Source: Macrostomum lignano
Lineage: Eukaryota
Direction: 5' to 3'
DNA length: 62,772 nt
Assembly (NCBI GenBank): GCA_002269645.1
Contig: NIVC01003522.1
Coordinates: 1-62,772 of the forward strand
A program made the translations under genes and the position numbers. This document shows, in pieces, positions 8,870 to 21,204 of this stretch; position 1 is the first letter of the stretch; each line of letters begins with the position of its first letter. The notes beneath the pieces are model-generated. The model saw nothing but the letters and a program-made list of their open reading frames with translations. It was not told where the DNA came from and searched no databases.

Positions 8870-11800
8870 GTCGGGGGGGGGGAGCTGCTGTCAAGACTAT
8901 AACACACGGGCTTTGTCTCCACCAACCCCTGCTCAGTCGGGGGGGGGAGCTGCTGTCAAGACTATAACACACGGGCTTTGTCTCCACCAACCCCTGCTCA
9001 GTCGGGGGGGGGGAGCTGCTGTCAAGACTATAACACACGGGCTTTGTCTCCACCAACCCCTGCTCAGTCGGGGGGGGGGAGCTGCTGTCAAGACTATAAC
9101 ACACGGGCTTTGTCTCCACCAACCCCTGCTCAGTCGGAGGGGGAGCTGCTGTCAAGACTATAACACACGGGCTTTGTCTCCACCAACCCCTGCTCAGTCG
9201 GGGGGGGGGGGGAGATGCTGTCAAGACTATAACACACGGGCTTTGTCTCCACCAACCCCTGCTCAGTCGGAGGGTGAGCTGCTGTCAAGACTATAACACA
9301 CGGGCTTTGTCTCCACCAACCCCTGCTCAGTCGGAGGGGGAGCTGCTGTCAAGACTATAACACACGGGCTTTGTCTCCACCAACCCCTGCTCAGTCGGGG
9401 GGGGGGGGAGATGCTGTCAAGACTATAACACACGGGCTTTGTCTCCACCAACCCCTGCTCAGTCGGAGGGGGAGCTGCTGTCAAGACTATAACACACGGG
9501 CTTTGTCTCCACCAACCCCTGCTCAGTCGGAGGGGGAGATGCTGTCAAGACTATAACACACGGGCTTTGTCTCCACCAACCCCTGCTCAGTCGGAGGGGG
9601 AGCTGCTGTCAAGACTATAACACACGGGCTTTGTCTCCACCAACCCCTGCTCAGTCGGGGGGGGGAGCTGCTGTCAAGACTATAACACACGGGCTTTGTC
9701 TCCACCAACCCCTGCTCAGTCGGGGGGGGAGCTGCTGTCAAGACTATAACACACGGGCTTTGTCTCCACCAACCCCTGCTCAGTCGGGGGGGGGAGCTGC
9801 TGTCAAGACTATAACACACGGGCTTTGTCTCCACCAACCCCTGCTCAGTCGGAGGGGGAGCTGCTGTCAAGACTATAACACACGGGCTTTGTCTCCACCA
9901 ACCCCTGCTCAGTCGGGGGGGGAGCTGCTGTCAAGACTATAGCACACGGGCTTTGTCTCCACCAACCCCTGCTCAGTCGAAGGGGGAGATGCTGTCAAGA
10001 CTATAACACACGGGCTTTGTCTCCACCAACCCCTGCTCAGTCGGAGGGGAGCTGCTGTCAAGACTATAACACACGGGCTTTGTCTCCACCAACCCCTGCT
10101 CAGTCGGGGGGGAGCTGCTGTCAAGACTATAACACACGGGCTTTGTCTCCACCAACCCCTGCTCAGTCGGAGGGGGAGATGCTGTCAAGACTATAACACA
10201 CGGGCTTTGTCTCCACCAACCCCTGCTCAGTCGGAGGGGGAGCTGCTGTCAAGACTATAACACACGGGCTTTGTCTCCACCAACCCCTGCTCAGTCGGGG
10301 GGGGAGCTGCTGTCAAGACTATAACACACGGGCTTTGTCTCCACCAACCCCTGCTCAGTCGGGGGGGGGGGAGATGCTGTCAAGACTATAACGCACGGGC
10401 TTTGTCTCCACCAACCCCTGCTCAGTCGGGGGGGGGAGCTGCTGTCAAGACTATAACACACGGGCTTTGTCTCCACCAACCCCTGCTCAGTCGGAGGGGG
10501 AGATGCTGTCAAGACTATAACACACGGGCTTTGTCTCCACCAACCCCTGCTCAGTCGGAGGGGAGCTGCTGTCAAGACTATAACACACGGGCTTTGTCTC
10601 CACCAACCCCTGCTCAGTCGGGGGGGGGGAGCTGCTGTCAAGACTATAACACACGGGCTTTGTCTCCACCAACCCCTGCTCAGTCGGAGGGGGAGATGCT
10701 GTCAAGACTATAACACACGGGCTTTGTCTCCACCAACCCCTGCTCAGTCGGAGGGGGAGCTGCTGTCAAGACTATAACACACGGGCTTTGTCTCCACCAA
10801 CCCCTGCTCAGTCGGGGGGGGGGAGATGCTGTCAAGACTATAACACACGGGCTTTGTCTCCACCAACCCCTGCTCAGTCGGGGGGGAGCTGCTGTCAAGA
10901 CTATAACACACGGGCTTTGTCTCCACCAACCCCTGCTCAGTCGGAGGGGGAGATGCTGTCAAGACTATAACACACGGGCTTTGTCTCCACCAACCCCTGC
11001 TCAGTCGGAGGGGGAGCTGCTGTCAAGACTATAACACACGGGCTTTGTCTCCACCAACCCCTGCTCAGTCGGGGGGGAGGTGCTGTCAAGACTATAACAC
11101 ACGGGCTTTGTCTCCACCAACCCCTGCTCAGTCGGAGGGGGAGCTGCTGTCAAGACTATAACACACGGGCTTTGTCTCCACCAACCCCTGCTCAGTCGGG
11201 GGGGAGCTGCTGTCAAGACTATAACACACGGGCTTTGTCTCCACCAACCCCTGCTCAGTCGGGGGGGAGCTGCTGTCAAGACTATAACACACGGGCTTTG
11301 TCTCCACCAACCCCTGCTCAGTCGGGGGGAGCTGCTGTCAAGACTATAACACACGGGCTTTGTCTCCACCAACCCCTGCTCAGTCAGCTGCTGTCAAGAC
11401 TATAACACACGGGCTTTGTCTCCACCAACCCGGCTTGCTGTCAAGACTATAACACACGGGCTTTGTCTCCACCAACCCCTGCTCAGTCGGGTCAAGACTA
11501 TAACCACGGGCTTTGTCTACCAACCAGTCGGGCTGCTGTCTCCACCAACCCCTGTCAGTCCACCAAGCTGCTGTCAAGACACTGTCTTTGTCTTTGTCTC
11601 CCTGCTCAGTCGGAGCTGCTGTCAAGACTATAACACACTGGGCTTTGTCTCCACCAACCCCTGCTCAGTCGGAGGGGGAGATGCTGTCAAGACTATAACA
11701 CACGGGCTTTGTCTCCACCAACCCCTGCTCAGTCGGAGGGGAGCTGCTGTCAAGACTATAACACACGGGCTTTGTCTCCACCAACCCCTGCTCAGTCGGA

Positions 11801-12024
11801 GGGGGAGATGCTGTCAAGACTATAACACACGGGCTTTGTCTCCACCAACCCCTGCTCAGTCGGGGGGGGAGCTGCTGTCAAGACTATAACACACGGGCTT
11901 TGTCTCCACCAACCCCTGCTCAGTCGGGGGGGGAGCTGCTGTCAAGACTATAACACACGGGCTTTGTCTCCACCAACCCCTGCTCAGTCGGGGGGGGGAG
12001 CTGCTGTCAAGACTATAACACACG
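8870..12024. repeat. ~64-bp satellite, right part, ~49 units
   Basis: Same unit as 1-3033; resumes exactly at GTCGGG; scrambled sub-units at ~11380-11640. Confidence 0.98.
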
Positions 12025-12094
12025 AACTCCGAAATCTACATGTACTTGCAGTTGTCTGATCCCTCCAAGTCAGATTCCTAGCTGATCCCAATTC

Positions 12095-12520
12095 TAATCC
12101 CTCAGTGCCACTATCTGTGCTAATCCCTCAGTGCCACTATCTGTGCTAATCCCTCAGTGCCACTATCTGTGCTAATCCCTCAGTGCCACTATCTGCTAAT
12201 CCCTCAGTGCCACTGTCTGTGCTAATCCCTCAGTGCCACTATCTGCTAATCCTTCAGCGCCACTATCTGTGCTAATCCCTCAGCGCCACTATCTGTGCTA
12301 ATCCCTCAGTGCCACTATCTGTGCTAATCCCTCAGAGCCACTGCCTGTGCTAATTCCTCAGTGCCACTATCTGTGCTAATCCCTCAGTGCCACTATCTGT
12401 GCTAATCCCTCAGCGCCACTATCTGTGCTAATCCCTCAGTGCCACTATCTGTGCTAATCCCTCAGTGCCACTATCTGTGCTAATCCCTCAGTGCCACTAT
12501 CTGTGCTAATCTCTCAGCGC
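12095..12520. repeat. 26-bp minisatellite, ~16 units
   Basis: TAATCCCTCAGTGCCACTATCTGTGC. Confidence 0.95.
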
Positions 12521-12934
12521 CTTAATCCCCCACAGCGCTGCAATATACCTGACCATTAAAGGCTGTCAACGGTCATTACAGCTCAAATTTTCACAAAATC
12601 AACGCAATGAATTGTATTAGCTCCGGTTAGGAAGAGAAGATGCCAAAGTCCTGTACGAATAGCATGCGGAAGGCGAGACGAGTGTTTGTGTTTAAATTAC
12701 GCATATGAACTGAAATTCTGTCGCCAACTCAAGCTCAGTGGCGGGTGGTTTGGATAAAAAAGTAGATGGGAATGCTTAGCAAGCTCAAGCACACAAAAAC
12801 GCATTGCCTGCATTGAAGCTGACTGATGAAAATATTTCGCACAAAAATGCTATATACGTCTGCTTCTATCGAGTCTTTCTTGCTGGCCCAGTTGAGGCAC
12901 TGAAAAACAAAGTGCTGCTGCCGGCTGGAGGCCG

Positions 12935-14662
12935 CTAGTCCCCGCCGGCAAACAGCGGCTCGGCGCCGAGCTTGCGCTGCTTCACGCGGGTGCTGCGCTC
13001 CAGGTTGTTCTTCTTCTCGATTTCCAGCGCCAGGTCGCCGGCCTGCTCCCACTTGCAGGACTCGTCCATGAAGCTGCATTTCTCCGAACCCCACTCTGGG
13101 TACACGTGCTCCACCGAGATGGCCATAGGCAGGTTCCTGGGCTCCAAGATGCCCTGCAGCAGCCGCGGGTTGGATTGCTTCCACTGTGTGGTCTCGATGG
13201 GCCTGGCCGGGTTCTTGCCGAACGGCGACTGCATGCGCAAGTCGCCCACCTTGGAGCAGGTTGGGCCGGTGCGCTGGTAGTTGAAGTACAGGTCCGAGTT
13301 GTCCGGGTAGGACTCCTTCACGAATAGGGCCACTTGGGCTGCTTCCGGGTACGGCTTGCGTATCTTGTAGGGTGGGAACATTTTCACCATGAGACGGTCG
13401 CACTGGTCAATGGCCACCAGGTGCGGGCCCCGCAGCGTCACCACAAGGTACTTCACCCAGCGGTACATGCCGATGCGCCGGTTCAGGATCCGTCTCGTCA
13501 CCTCGATCTCGCAGCCGGTCCTCTTGGCGATGGACCGAAACTGCCCTGGGTCCACGAGGAAGGCCTCGACCACCTGGTCAGTGAGCAGCACAATGTACTC
13601 CTTGCGGGATACGTCAGCAAACACGTTCATGCAGCCGATCACAATGCCCTCCTTGTCCAGATGGCCCATGTTCAGCTTCTTCTTGTCCGTTTTATCCGCT
13701 TTTTTTTCCTCCCCCGGTGCGGGCAGGTCCTCAGCTGGCTCCCCGTCTTCCGCATCGCCTTCGCCATCTCCTTCGCCGCCTTCGTCGCCACCTTCACCGC
13801 CGGCAGCGTCTTCACCAGCTGAGGTGCTCGGCGTCTCCTGTTGGTCGGCCTCATCATCTTCTGTGGAGCTGCCGCCGCCGCCGCCGCCGCCGCCGCCATC
13901 GTCAGCGATGTCCTCGTTATCGGTGGAGCTCACACCGGCTCCGCTGCCTTCGGCGCCCTCCTTGCTGGTGCTGGTGGTGCCACCGTCGTCACTGGATTCG
14001 CGTCTGCATCGGTGATGGCGGAAGGAGTCAGGTGATATAGTTCGAAATGGCAGTGTATACTCTAAACCTGGAGCTTAGGCTTAGCCTAGAATAGCAAACT
14101 ATGATTGGGTGTGCGGCGCTTATCATCAGCTGGGCACTCACGCATTGGACACATTGGACTCGCTGTCCATGATAATATTGATGTCCACCATGCCGTCCTT
14201 GTTTTTCTCTGCAGCCTTGAACTGCGTGATGATGGTGGTTTGCTTGCCCTCTGCGCTGTGCCGCTGAATGTCCCGCAGTCCGCCCGCCTTGGACTGGCCG
14301 AACGGGTTCTTGTTGTTGGTGTTGGAGTCGGAGCGTCGTCGCTCTAGCTCAGCTGCTTGCTGCCGCTCCTGCCGGCTCAGCAGCTCGTGGAGGCAGCCGG
14401 CGGCTTTGGTTGTCACGGCAACCGCGTCCATAGTCCCGGAAGAGATGCTTTGTGGATTATCCGGGCGCGGCTGCTTGCTGGACTCGGCCGTCTCGTTGGT
14501 CCAGGGATTCCAGTGGCGGAGGCTGCGTCTGGCGGCCCATCCCTTCTGCTGGCCGGCAGTCAGCTTCATCCACTCGAGAGAGCGGCCGAACACACGGCGG
14601 TCAACGGAGGTCGGACTGAATTCGGAGCCGCTGCTGGACTCGCAGCTGCTCTCACTTTCCAT
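12935..14662 (-). CDS. Uncharacterised 2-exon gene (~529 aa), acidic/low-complexity N-half, possible degenerate KH-like domain
   Basis: Exon 1 14662-14142 (ATG; donor gc|GTGAGT), exon 2 14003-12935 (acceptor ccatcaccgatgcAG); phases match (521+1069 nt). Segment FRSIAKRTGCEIEVT...YLVVTLRGPHLVAIDQCDRL resembles a type I KH fold without GxxG. Confidence 0.68.
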
Positions 14663-15325
14663 GCCTAGTTGGGTCTGCGCTTTGCTCGACTTGAAGGCAG
14701 AATGAAATAGGCGATGAGGCGGGAAGCTGAGCGGGGGGCGTAAACTTTTTGTGCTCGGCTTCTCACAGAGCAAGCTCAGCGGAGTTGTCTATGGCTTTCA
14801 TCTTGAGACAAACTTGCCTTCAATACTGCTCTGTGGGATTTCAAGTTAGGAGCATAAAGAGGTGAATATTTGGCTTTCTATTATATTTATGATTCTAGAT
14901 GCGTAATGCATGCTTCTCATAAAGTTTTTAAGTCCGGAAATGGAATTCTTCATAAGAGCTTGAGTGAACTTATGGAGGTGCATGATGTCAATAAGGCAGG
15001 AAATATTGGTCTTGACCTTGAGCTTCGATTTCAGATCTACAGTGCAATGGTTTAGGTTTCGTAAGCAATAAGGCAGGGGACATGGGTCACTGGGAGCCTA
15101 ATTGTGAGTGACTGACTTAACTTAGACTACTGATAAAAGTAGACGATTAAAGAGTTGAAAGTTAAAATCTCTCACATAGCCTAAAAATGTCTCCATAAAA
15201 GAAATGACAGCATAAAAGAAGCGACCAATCAGGAAGCGGCCGGCCAATCGGGCTGCCAGTGCAAGAGAAAAAGGCCAGCTCCATTAGAGGGAGAGCGAGA
15301 GGTTGACTTCGGCTGCAGGCTGGAG

Positions 15326-17809
15326 ATGGGCGAAGCCAACTGCTCCGTGCTGACCAGCTCTGGCGATGAGCAGTACCGACAGTTCTTCGAGCGAGCCCAA
15401 TTCGCCACGGCGCTCATCGCGTACCCCCTGATCTGCAGCTTCGGCATCGTGGCCAATGCAGTCAGCGTCATCGTCATCTCCAGCTGCAAGCTGGCCGCGC
15501 CCACCAACGTTTTCTTGGTGAGCCTGGCGCTCAGCGACACGGTCAAGCTGGCCAACGACTTTTTGTACTTCGTGAGCGTTCTGGTGCAGCACGCGGCTCC
15601 GAACTCGGATGCCGCCGCAGCGATGTTCGCCAGCCTCTATCCCTACAGCCACTTCGTTATGCAGACGTCAAACTGCGTCACCGTTTGGCTGGCGGTCGCC
15701 ATCTCTGTTGAGCGGTGAGGCTTGGTACTCAGTTAGTGCGCTGTCAGTGCAATGTTGATAACACCTGTCTGACACCTATGGCAATAAGCCTATTATTAGA
15801 CAATTAGGCTGCAACAGAGGGCGCAGCTTGTAAAAATATACGGCAGCCTCGCAGGTTCTCTTCGAAGCATGGTAACAGAGCAGGGTCAGTCTGGTAACAG
15901 AGCAGGGTCAGTCTGGTAACAGAGCAGGGTCAGTTTGGTAACAGCAGAGTCAGTCTGGTAACAGAGCAGGGTCAGTCTGGAAACAGAGCAGGGTCAGTCT
16001 GGAAACAGAGCAGGGTCAGTCTGGAAACAGAGCAGGGTCAGCCTGGTAACAGAGCAGGGTCAGCCTGGTAACAAAGTAGGGTCAGTCTCAGCCCAGCTGA
16101 GCCCCCAAGCAGTCTCGGCCTACCCGGGGTTGCAGCTGCAAGCCACTTGGACTGCTGCAGCCAACCCATTTATCAATCGGCGGAGCCTTCACAAAAATGC
16201 TCTTGAAGCTCTATTCTCATTTTAGGGGTGCGCTTGCACTTCTCATTCGGCTTGAAATCGCAAGGCCGTCGGAGTGCTGCTCCGGTGGATGGGAAATTGC
16301 GGGACGTGGCTTTAATTAGCGGGTTGCAGTGCAGCTGCCACCGCGCTCTGTCTGTGACGCAATACAGCAGAGCACAGCATCCCCTGCCTCCTCAGCATCT
16401 ATCAGCACCTGTTAGGGAGAACTCTGATTAATGGGACTAATGGGAGCGGGGGAAAGCAAAGGCCTACAGGAACTTCGGGCTGGGATCGGGTGAGCTGAGA
16501 TCTTACCTGTAAAATTAGTACGGCTCGGCTGTCAAAGAAAGCACTAAAACTGCCGTTTCAGTTTCGTTCTGGTGGCGGCTCCGAGCCGAGCCAAGCAGCT
16601 GTGCACTCTGCGGGCTTCAAAGCTGATTGTGCTCGCCACCTGCTCGCTGCTGACGCTGCTCTGCCTGCCGCACCTGCTGCGCTATGAGTCGGTCGGCTGT
16701 GCCGAGCCGCAGACCAACGGCACGGTGCAGCACCGGGTGGTGGAGACGGGCAGCTGGCAGTCCAGCCCATACCGGAGGCTGTACACCTGGCTGATCTACG
16801 CCGCGCGGTTCCTGGTGCCGCTGACAATGCTGATTGGCCTGAATGCCTTCATCGTGCGCGCCCTGCGGCGGACGCGCAGCCGGCGCCGGCTGATGGGGCG
16901 GCACCGGATCACCGTGATGCTGCTCACCGTCGTGCTGGTGTTCATCATCAGCATCATGCCGGACGCCGTGCTCAGCACGGTGCTGAACTACGGCTTCGTG
17001 GAGGAGAGCTATTTGGTGCGGGGCGTGCGGGAGATCACGGACGTGTTCGTGTGCTTCCACTCGGCCTGCAACTTTGTCCTCTACTTCACATTCAACAGCA
17101 TCTTCAAGAATCAGTTCCTGCAGCTGTTCTGCTGGTAAGTGCCTGGCAGAACATGGCATGGTTGTTGCTTTTCAGCTTTGAAAAAAGTTGCATAGGCGTC
17201 GAATCCAGTCACTCGATGCCGGAACCTAGAATCGGGTCTTTTTCACAAAAGCCTCTCTGTAGGCCTGCAATGCGCTGCAGGAACACTCGCAGACAGCTGG
17301 CACTCGTAAGCTGATGGAGCGTGGGAAACCTCCGAGCCGAAGATTGTGGGTGAATTATGCTAATTTGCTGCCTTGGTTTCTCAATACCTTGAGGTGTTGT
17401 TTGAAAATGATGGACCTCTCAGTTGACTTTTTCTCTTTTGTTCACACGTAAGCTTGCAACAGACATCGCTGCAAGGTTCTGAGGGGAAGGTAAATCAGAA
17501 ATACGAGTAAAGTCGTGTTTATCAAAATCAGCTCTTCTCTCCTTTCATTTACATTCTTGCAGGCGGTGCAGCCAGAAGCCCCGGCTGCGGATTCACGCCG
17601 GGTCCGCCGAGGGCTCCGGCTCCGTGCCGAGGCTCTACGTGAGCCTGCAGGCGCCCCGGCGCAAGCCCCAGGTGCACAGGGAGGCGGCCAGCGGTGGGCT
17701 GGAGATTCCGTTGAGGTCGGTTCTGGAGACCCCGGCATCGATGCTGGAAATTGTGCGAATGAAGACGCAGCGACGGGCAGGAGGTGCGTCAGGAGACACG
17801 GCGGTCTGA
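15326..17809 (+). CDS. Class A (rhodopsin-like) peptide GPCR, FMRFamide/myosuppressin-receptor-like, 3 exons, ~402 aa
   Basis: Exons 15326-15714, 16562-17134, 17563-17809 with in-phase GT-AG. TM1 GIVAN, TM2 FLVSLALSD, TM3 SVERF (split by intron), TM5 FLVPLTMLIGLN, TM6 FIISIMPD, TM7 HSACNFVLY. Confidence 0.92.
15872..16087. repeat. 22-bp minisatellite in GPCR intron 1
   Basis: GGTAACAGAGCAGGGTCAGTCT, ~10 units. Confidence 0.92.
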
Positions 17810-17893
17810 GCTGGCGGTTCAAGTTGACGCGCTGTTGCGGGCCATCTTTACTTGGGTAGCATTCAAGAACTCCAGCTGATGTGGCCTGGCAGT

Positions 17894-18156
17894 GTGTTAG
17901 GGCTGCCTCAACTGCAGTGTTAGGGCTGCCTCAACTGCAGTGTTAGGGCTGCCTCAACTGCAGTGTTAGGGCTGCCTCAACTGCAGTGTTAGGGCTGCCT
18001 CAACTGCAGTGTTAGGGCTGCCTCAACTGCAGTGTTAGGGCTGCCTCAACTGCAGTGTTAGGGCTGCCTCAACTGCAGTGTTAGGGCTGCCTCAACTGCA
18101 GTGTTAGGGCTGCCTCAACTGCAGTGTTAGGGCTGCCTCAACTGCAGTGTTAGGGC
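17894..18156. repeat. 23-bp minisatellite
   Basis: GTGTTAGGGCTGCCTCAACTGCA, ~11 near-identical units. Confidence 0.95.
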
Positions 18157-19177
18157 CGCACGTCTGCGGGCAGCTTTGATTACAGAGACCGTTTTTCTTG
18201 TAAATTCCGTTCTGAACACGGATGACTTTTTCGTCTAAAAACTGTTTCATGCGACCTATTTATGACCCATCCCACATACCGCTAACTGTGTTCCCACTAG
18301 CCTCACATTTCGTTGTCATTTTGATAACCTGCTCGCGTTCCGAACCAGAGGTGTCAGCCCTTGACAGACAGGCGGACAGCTATGGCTATAAATAGACCCA
18401 AAGCCGGAAGCCAAGACCTGTCAGGACACAGATATTCGATTAACTCACACTTTTTGATCGCTTGTTTATCGCTTACCGCTATGTTTACCGCCTGTTTATC
18501 GCTTTGTTTATCTCTTTTTCTTAGAAATTGATGCAAAAATGCAGAGCAGTCGGATTCTACAAGTCAGGAATCAAAATAATCCAAAGCGAGTTTTAAAAAT
18601 GCTACCCTGGCAAACAAGCGGAGCACTGACGAAATTCCTGCAGTCGTTCTTGACACTTTTGGCATATTTTTTCTCAGCCCGAGTTTGACTATGGTAAAAA
18701 TACTTAACGCTATGAACGAGGGGTGTTTCAGAAGTAACGAGAATTTCGTCTTGGACTTTGTTCATTTAAGCTGGAGAATGCTGGTTAAAGTTGCAAACTG
18801 TTGACTAACCGCCGAGAACCTCACTCAAAAGTGCTTTCAAGTGAGACTGAGACTATGCAAGGACCGAAAAGTCCTGCAGACGAAGGCGCTGATTTTTTAC
18901 AAAACCCGTTTGTTCATTTTTTCCATCGACAAAAATCCGATTTTTTAATCCCGAGCTTGGACTTTCCTGCAAGATTATCTAAATTAGTTCGTGAATCAGC
19001 CTCAGGCGCAACGCATGCTGTTCCCAAGTTCTAAGGGGGAGAAGTTGGAAATTTAGTGCGAAAAGCTGAAGTGTTCTGTCCCCACTGATGAATTTCGTTG
19101 AGTAAAATTGCAAGCGGCGTCTTTCTTATTTTATTGTCATTGCAATCGTCACGCAAGGCAAAGTGCTGCCATTAGTG

Positions 19178-20947
19178 TGCCTCTGGCTGAATGAGTTTCA
19201 GTGCCTCTGGCTGAATGAGTGTCAGTGACTGGCTGAATGAGTGTCAGTGACTCTGGCTGAATGAGTGTCAGTGCCTCTGGCTGAATGAGTGTCAGTGACT
19301 CTCGCTGGCTGAATGAGTGTCAGTGCCTCTGGCTGAATGAGTGTCAGTGCCTCTGGCTGGCTGAATGAGTGTCAGTGACTCTGGCTGAATGAGTGTCAGT
19401 GACTCTCGCTGGCTGAATGAGTGTCAGTGCCTCTGGCTGAATGAGTGTCAGTGCCTCTGGCTGAATGAGTGTCAGTGACTCTCGCTGGCTGAATGAGTGT
19501 CAGCTGTGCCTCTGGCTGAATGAGTGTCAGTGCCTCTGGCTGAATGAGTGTCAGTGACTCTCGCTGGCTGAATGAGTGTCAGTGCCTCTGGCTGAATGAG
19601 TGTCAGTGCCTCTGGCTGGCTGAATGAGTGTCAGTGACTCTCGCTGGCTGAATGAGTGTCAGCTGTGCCTCTGGCTGAATGAGTGTCAGTGCCTCTGGCT
19701 GGCTGAATGAGTGTCAGTGACTCTGGCTGAATGAGTGTCAGTGACTGGCTGAATGAGTGTCAGTGACTCTCGCTGGCTGAATGAGTGTCAGCTGTGCCTC
19801 TGGCTGAATGAGTGTCAGTGCCTCTGGCTGAATGAGTGTCAGTGACTCTCGCTGGCTGAATGAGTGTCAGCTGTGCCTCTGGCTGAATGAGTGTCAGTGC
19901 CTCTGGCTGAATGAGTGTCAGTGACTCTCGCTGGCTGAATGAGTGTCAGCTGTGCCTCTGGCTGAATGAGTGTCAGTGCCTCTGGCTGAATGAGTGTCAG
20001 TGACTCTCGCTGGCTGAATGAGTGTCAGCTGTGCCTCTGGCTGAATGAGTGTCAGTGCCTCTGGCTGAATGAGTGTCAGTGACTCTCGCTGGCTGAATGA
20101 GTGTCAGCTGTGCCTCTGGCTGAATGAGTGTCAGTGCCTCTGGCTGAATGAGTGTCAGTGACTCTCGCTGGCTGAATGAGTGTCAGCTGTGCCTCTGGCT
20201 GAATGAGTGTCAGTGCCTCTGGCTGAATGAGTGTCAGTGACTCTGGCTGAATGAGTGTCAGTGCCTCTGGCTGAATGAGTGTCAGTGACTCTCGCTGGCT
20301 GAATGAGTGTCAGCTGTGCCTCTGGCTGAATGAGTGTCAGCTGTGCCTCTGGCTGAATGAGTGTCAGTGACTCTCGCTGGCTGAATGAGTGTCAGCTGTG
20401 CCTCTGGCTGAATGAGTGTCAGTGCCTCTGGCTGGCTGAATGAGTGTCAGTGACTCTGGCTGAATGAGTGTCAGTGACTGGCTGAATGAGTGTCAGTGAC
20501 TCTCGCTGGCTGAATGAGTGTCAGCTGTGCCTCTGGCTGAATGAGTGTCAGTGACTCTCGCTGGCTGAATGAGTGTCAGCTGTGCCTCTGGCTGAATGAG
20601 TGTCAGTGCCTCTGGCTGAATGAGTGTCAGTGACTCTGGCTGAATGAGTGTCAGTGCCTCTGGCTGAATGAGTGTCAGTGACTCTCGCTGGCTGAATGAG
20701 TGTCAGCTGTGCCTCTGGCTGAATGAGTGTCAGTGCCTCTGGCTGGCTGAATGAGTGTCAGTGACTCTGGCTGAATGAGTGTCAGTGACTGGCTGAATGA
20801 GTGTCAGTGACTCTCGCTGGCTGAATGAGTGTCAGTGACTCTCGCTGGCTGAATGAGTGTCAGCTGTGCCTCTGGCTGAATGAGTGTCAGTGCCTCTGGC
20901 TGAATGAGTGTCAGTGACTCTCGCTGGCTGAATGAGTGTCAGTGACT
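19178..20947. repeat. 20-28-bp minisatellite with a 79-bp trimeric higher-order pattern
   Basis: Core GGCTGAATGAGTGTCA; 28+27+24-bp variants recur in order (starts at 19921, 20000, 20079). Confidence 0.95.
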
Positions 20948-21204
20948 CGGTTCGGTAATTTTTCATCCGCAATCAGAAGGTGATCAGGTAAATCTGGATT
21001 AGAATACCGGACTGCAGTAAATGGGAGATGAGCAACGGCTGCAGTGAAATGTATTATCAACAATTTATCAACAGGGATGTGTTTCAATAGATACATAAGC
21101 CTCAAGATAAAAGTCCTTTCACGCATCTGCCTCTTCTCTGCCCGGCCTCTGTTGCTCTGCCTCTGCGTCTCCACGGCTGCCTCTCTGCAATTGTTGATGA
21201 ACTT

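Noticed and set aside
1-12024. 64-bp array as a CRISPR array, or as tandem hammerhead ribozymes/SL RNA genes
   Set aside because: No unique spacers or cas genes and the context is eukaryotic; neither strand has CUGANGA plus GAAA cores; no SL exon-GT donor-Sm site layout recognised.
17894-18156. TTAGGG in each unit as interstitial telomere
   Set aside because: Only one hexamer per 23-bp unit; no (TTAGGG)n run.
18300-19100. Possible DNA transposon starting CAGAGGTGTC with ORFs 18571-18765 and 18801-19034
   Set aside because: No matching terminal inverted repeat or transposase motif found.
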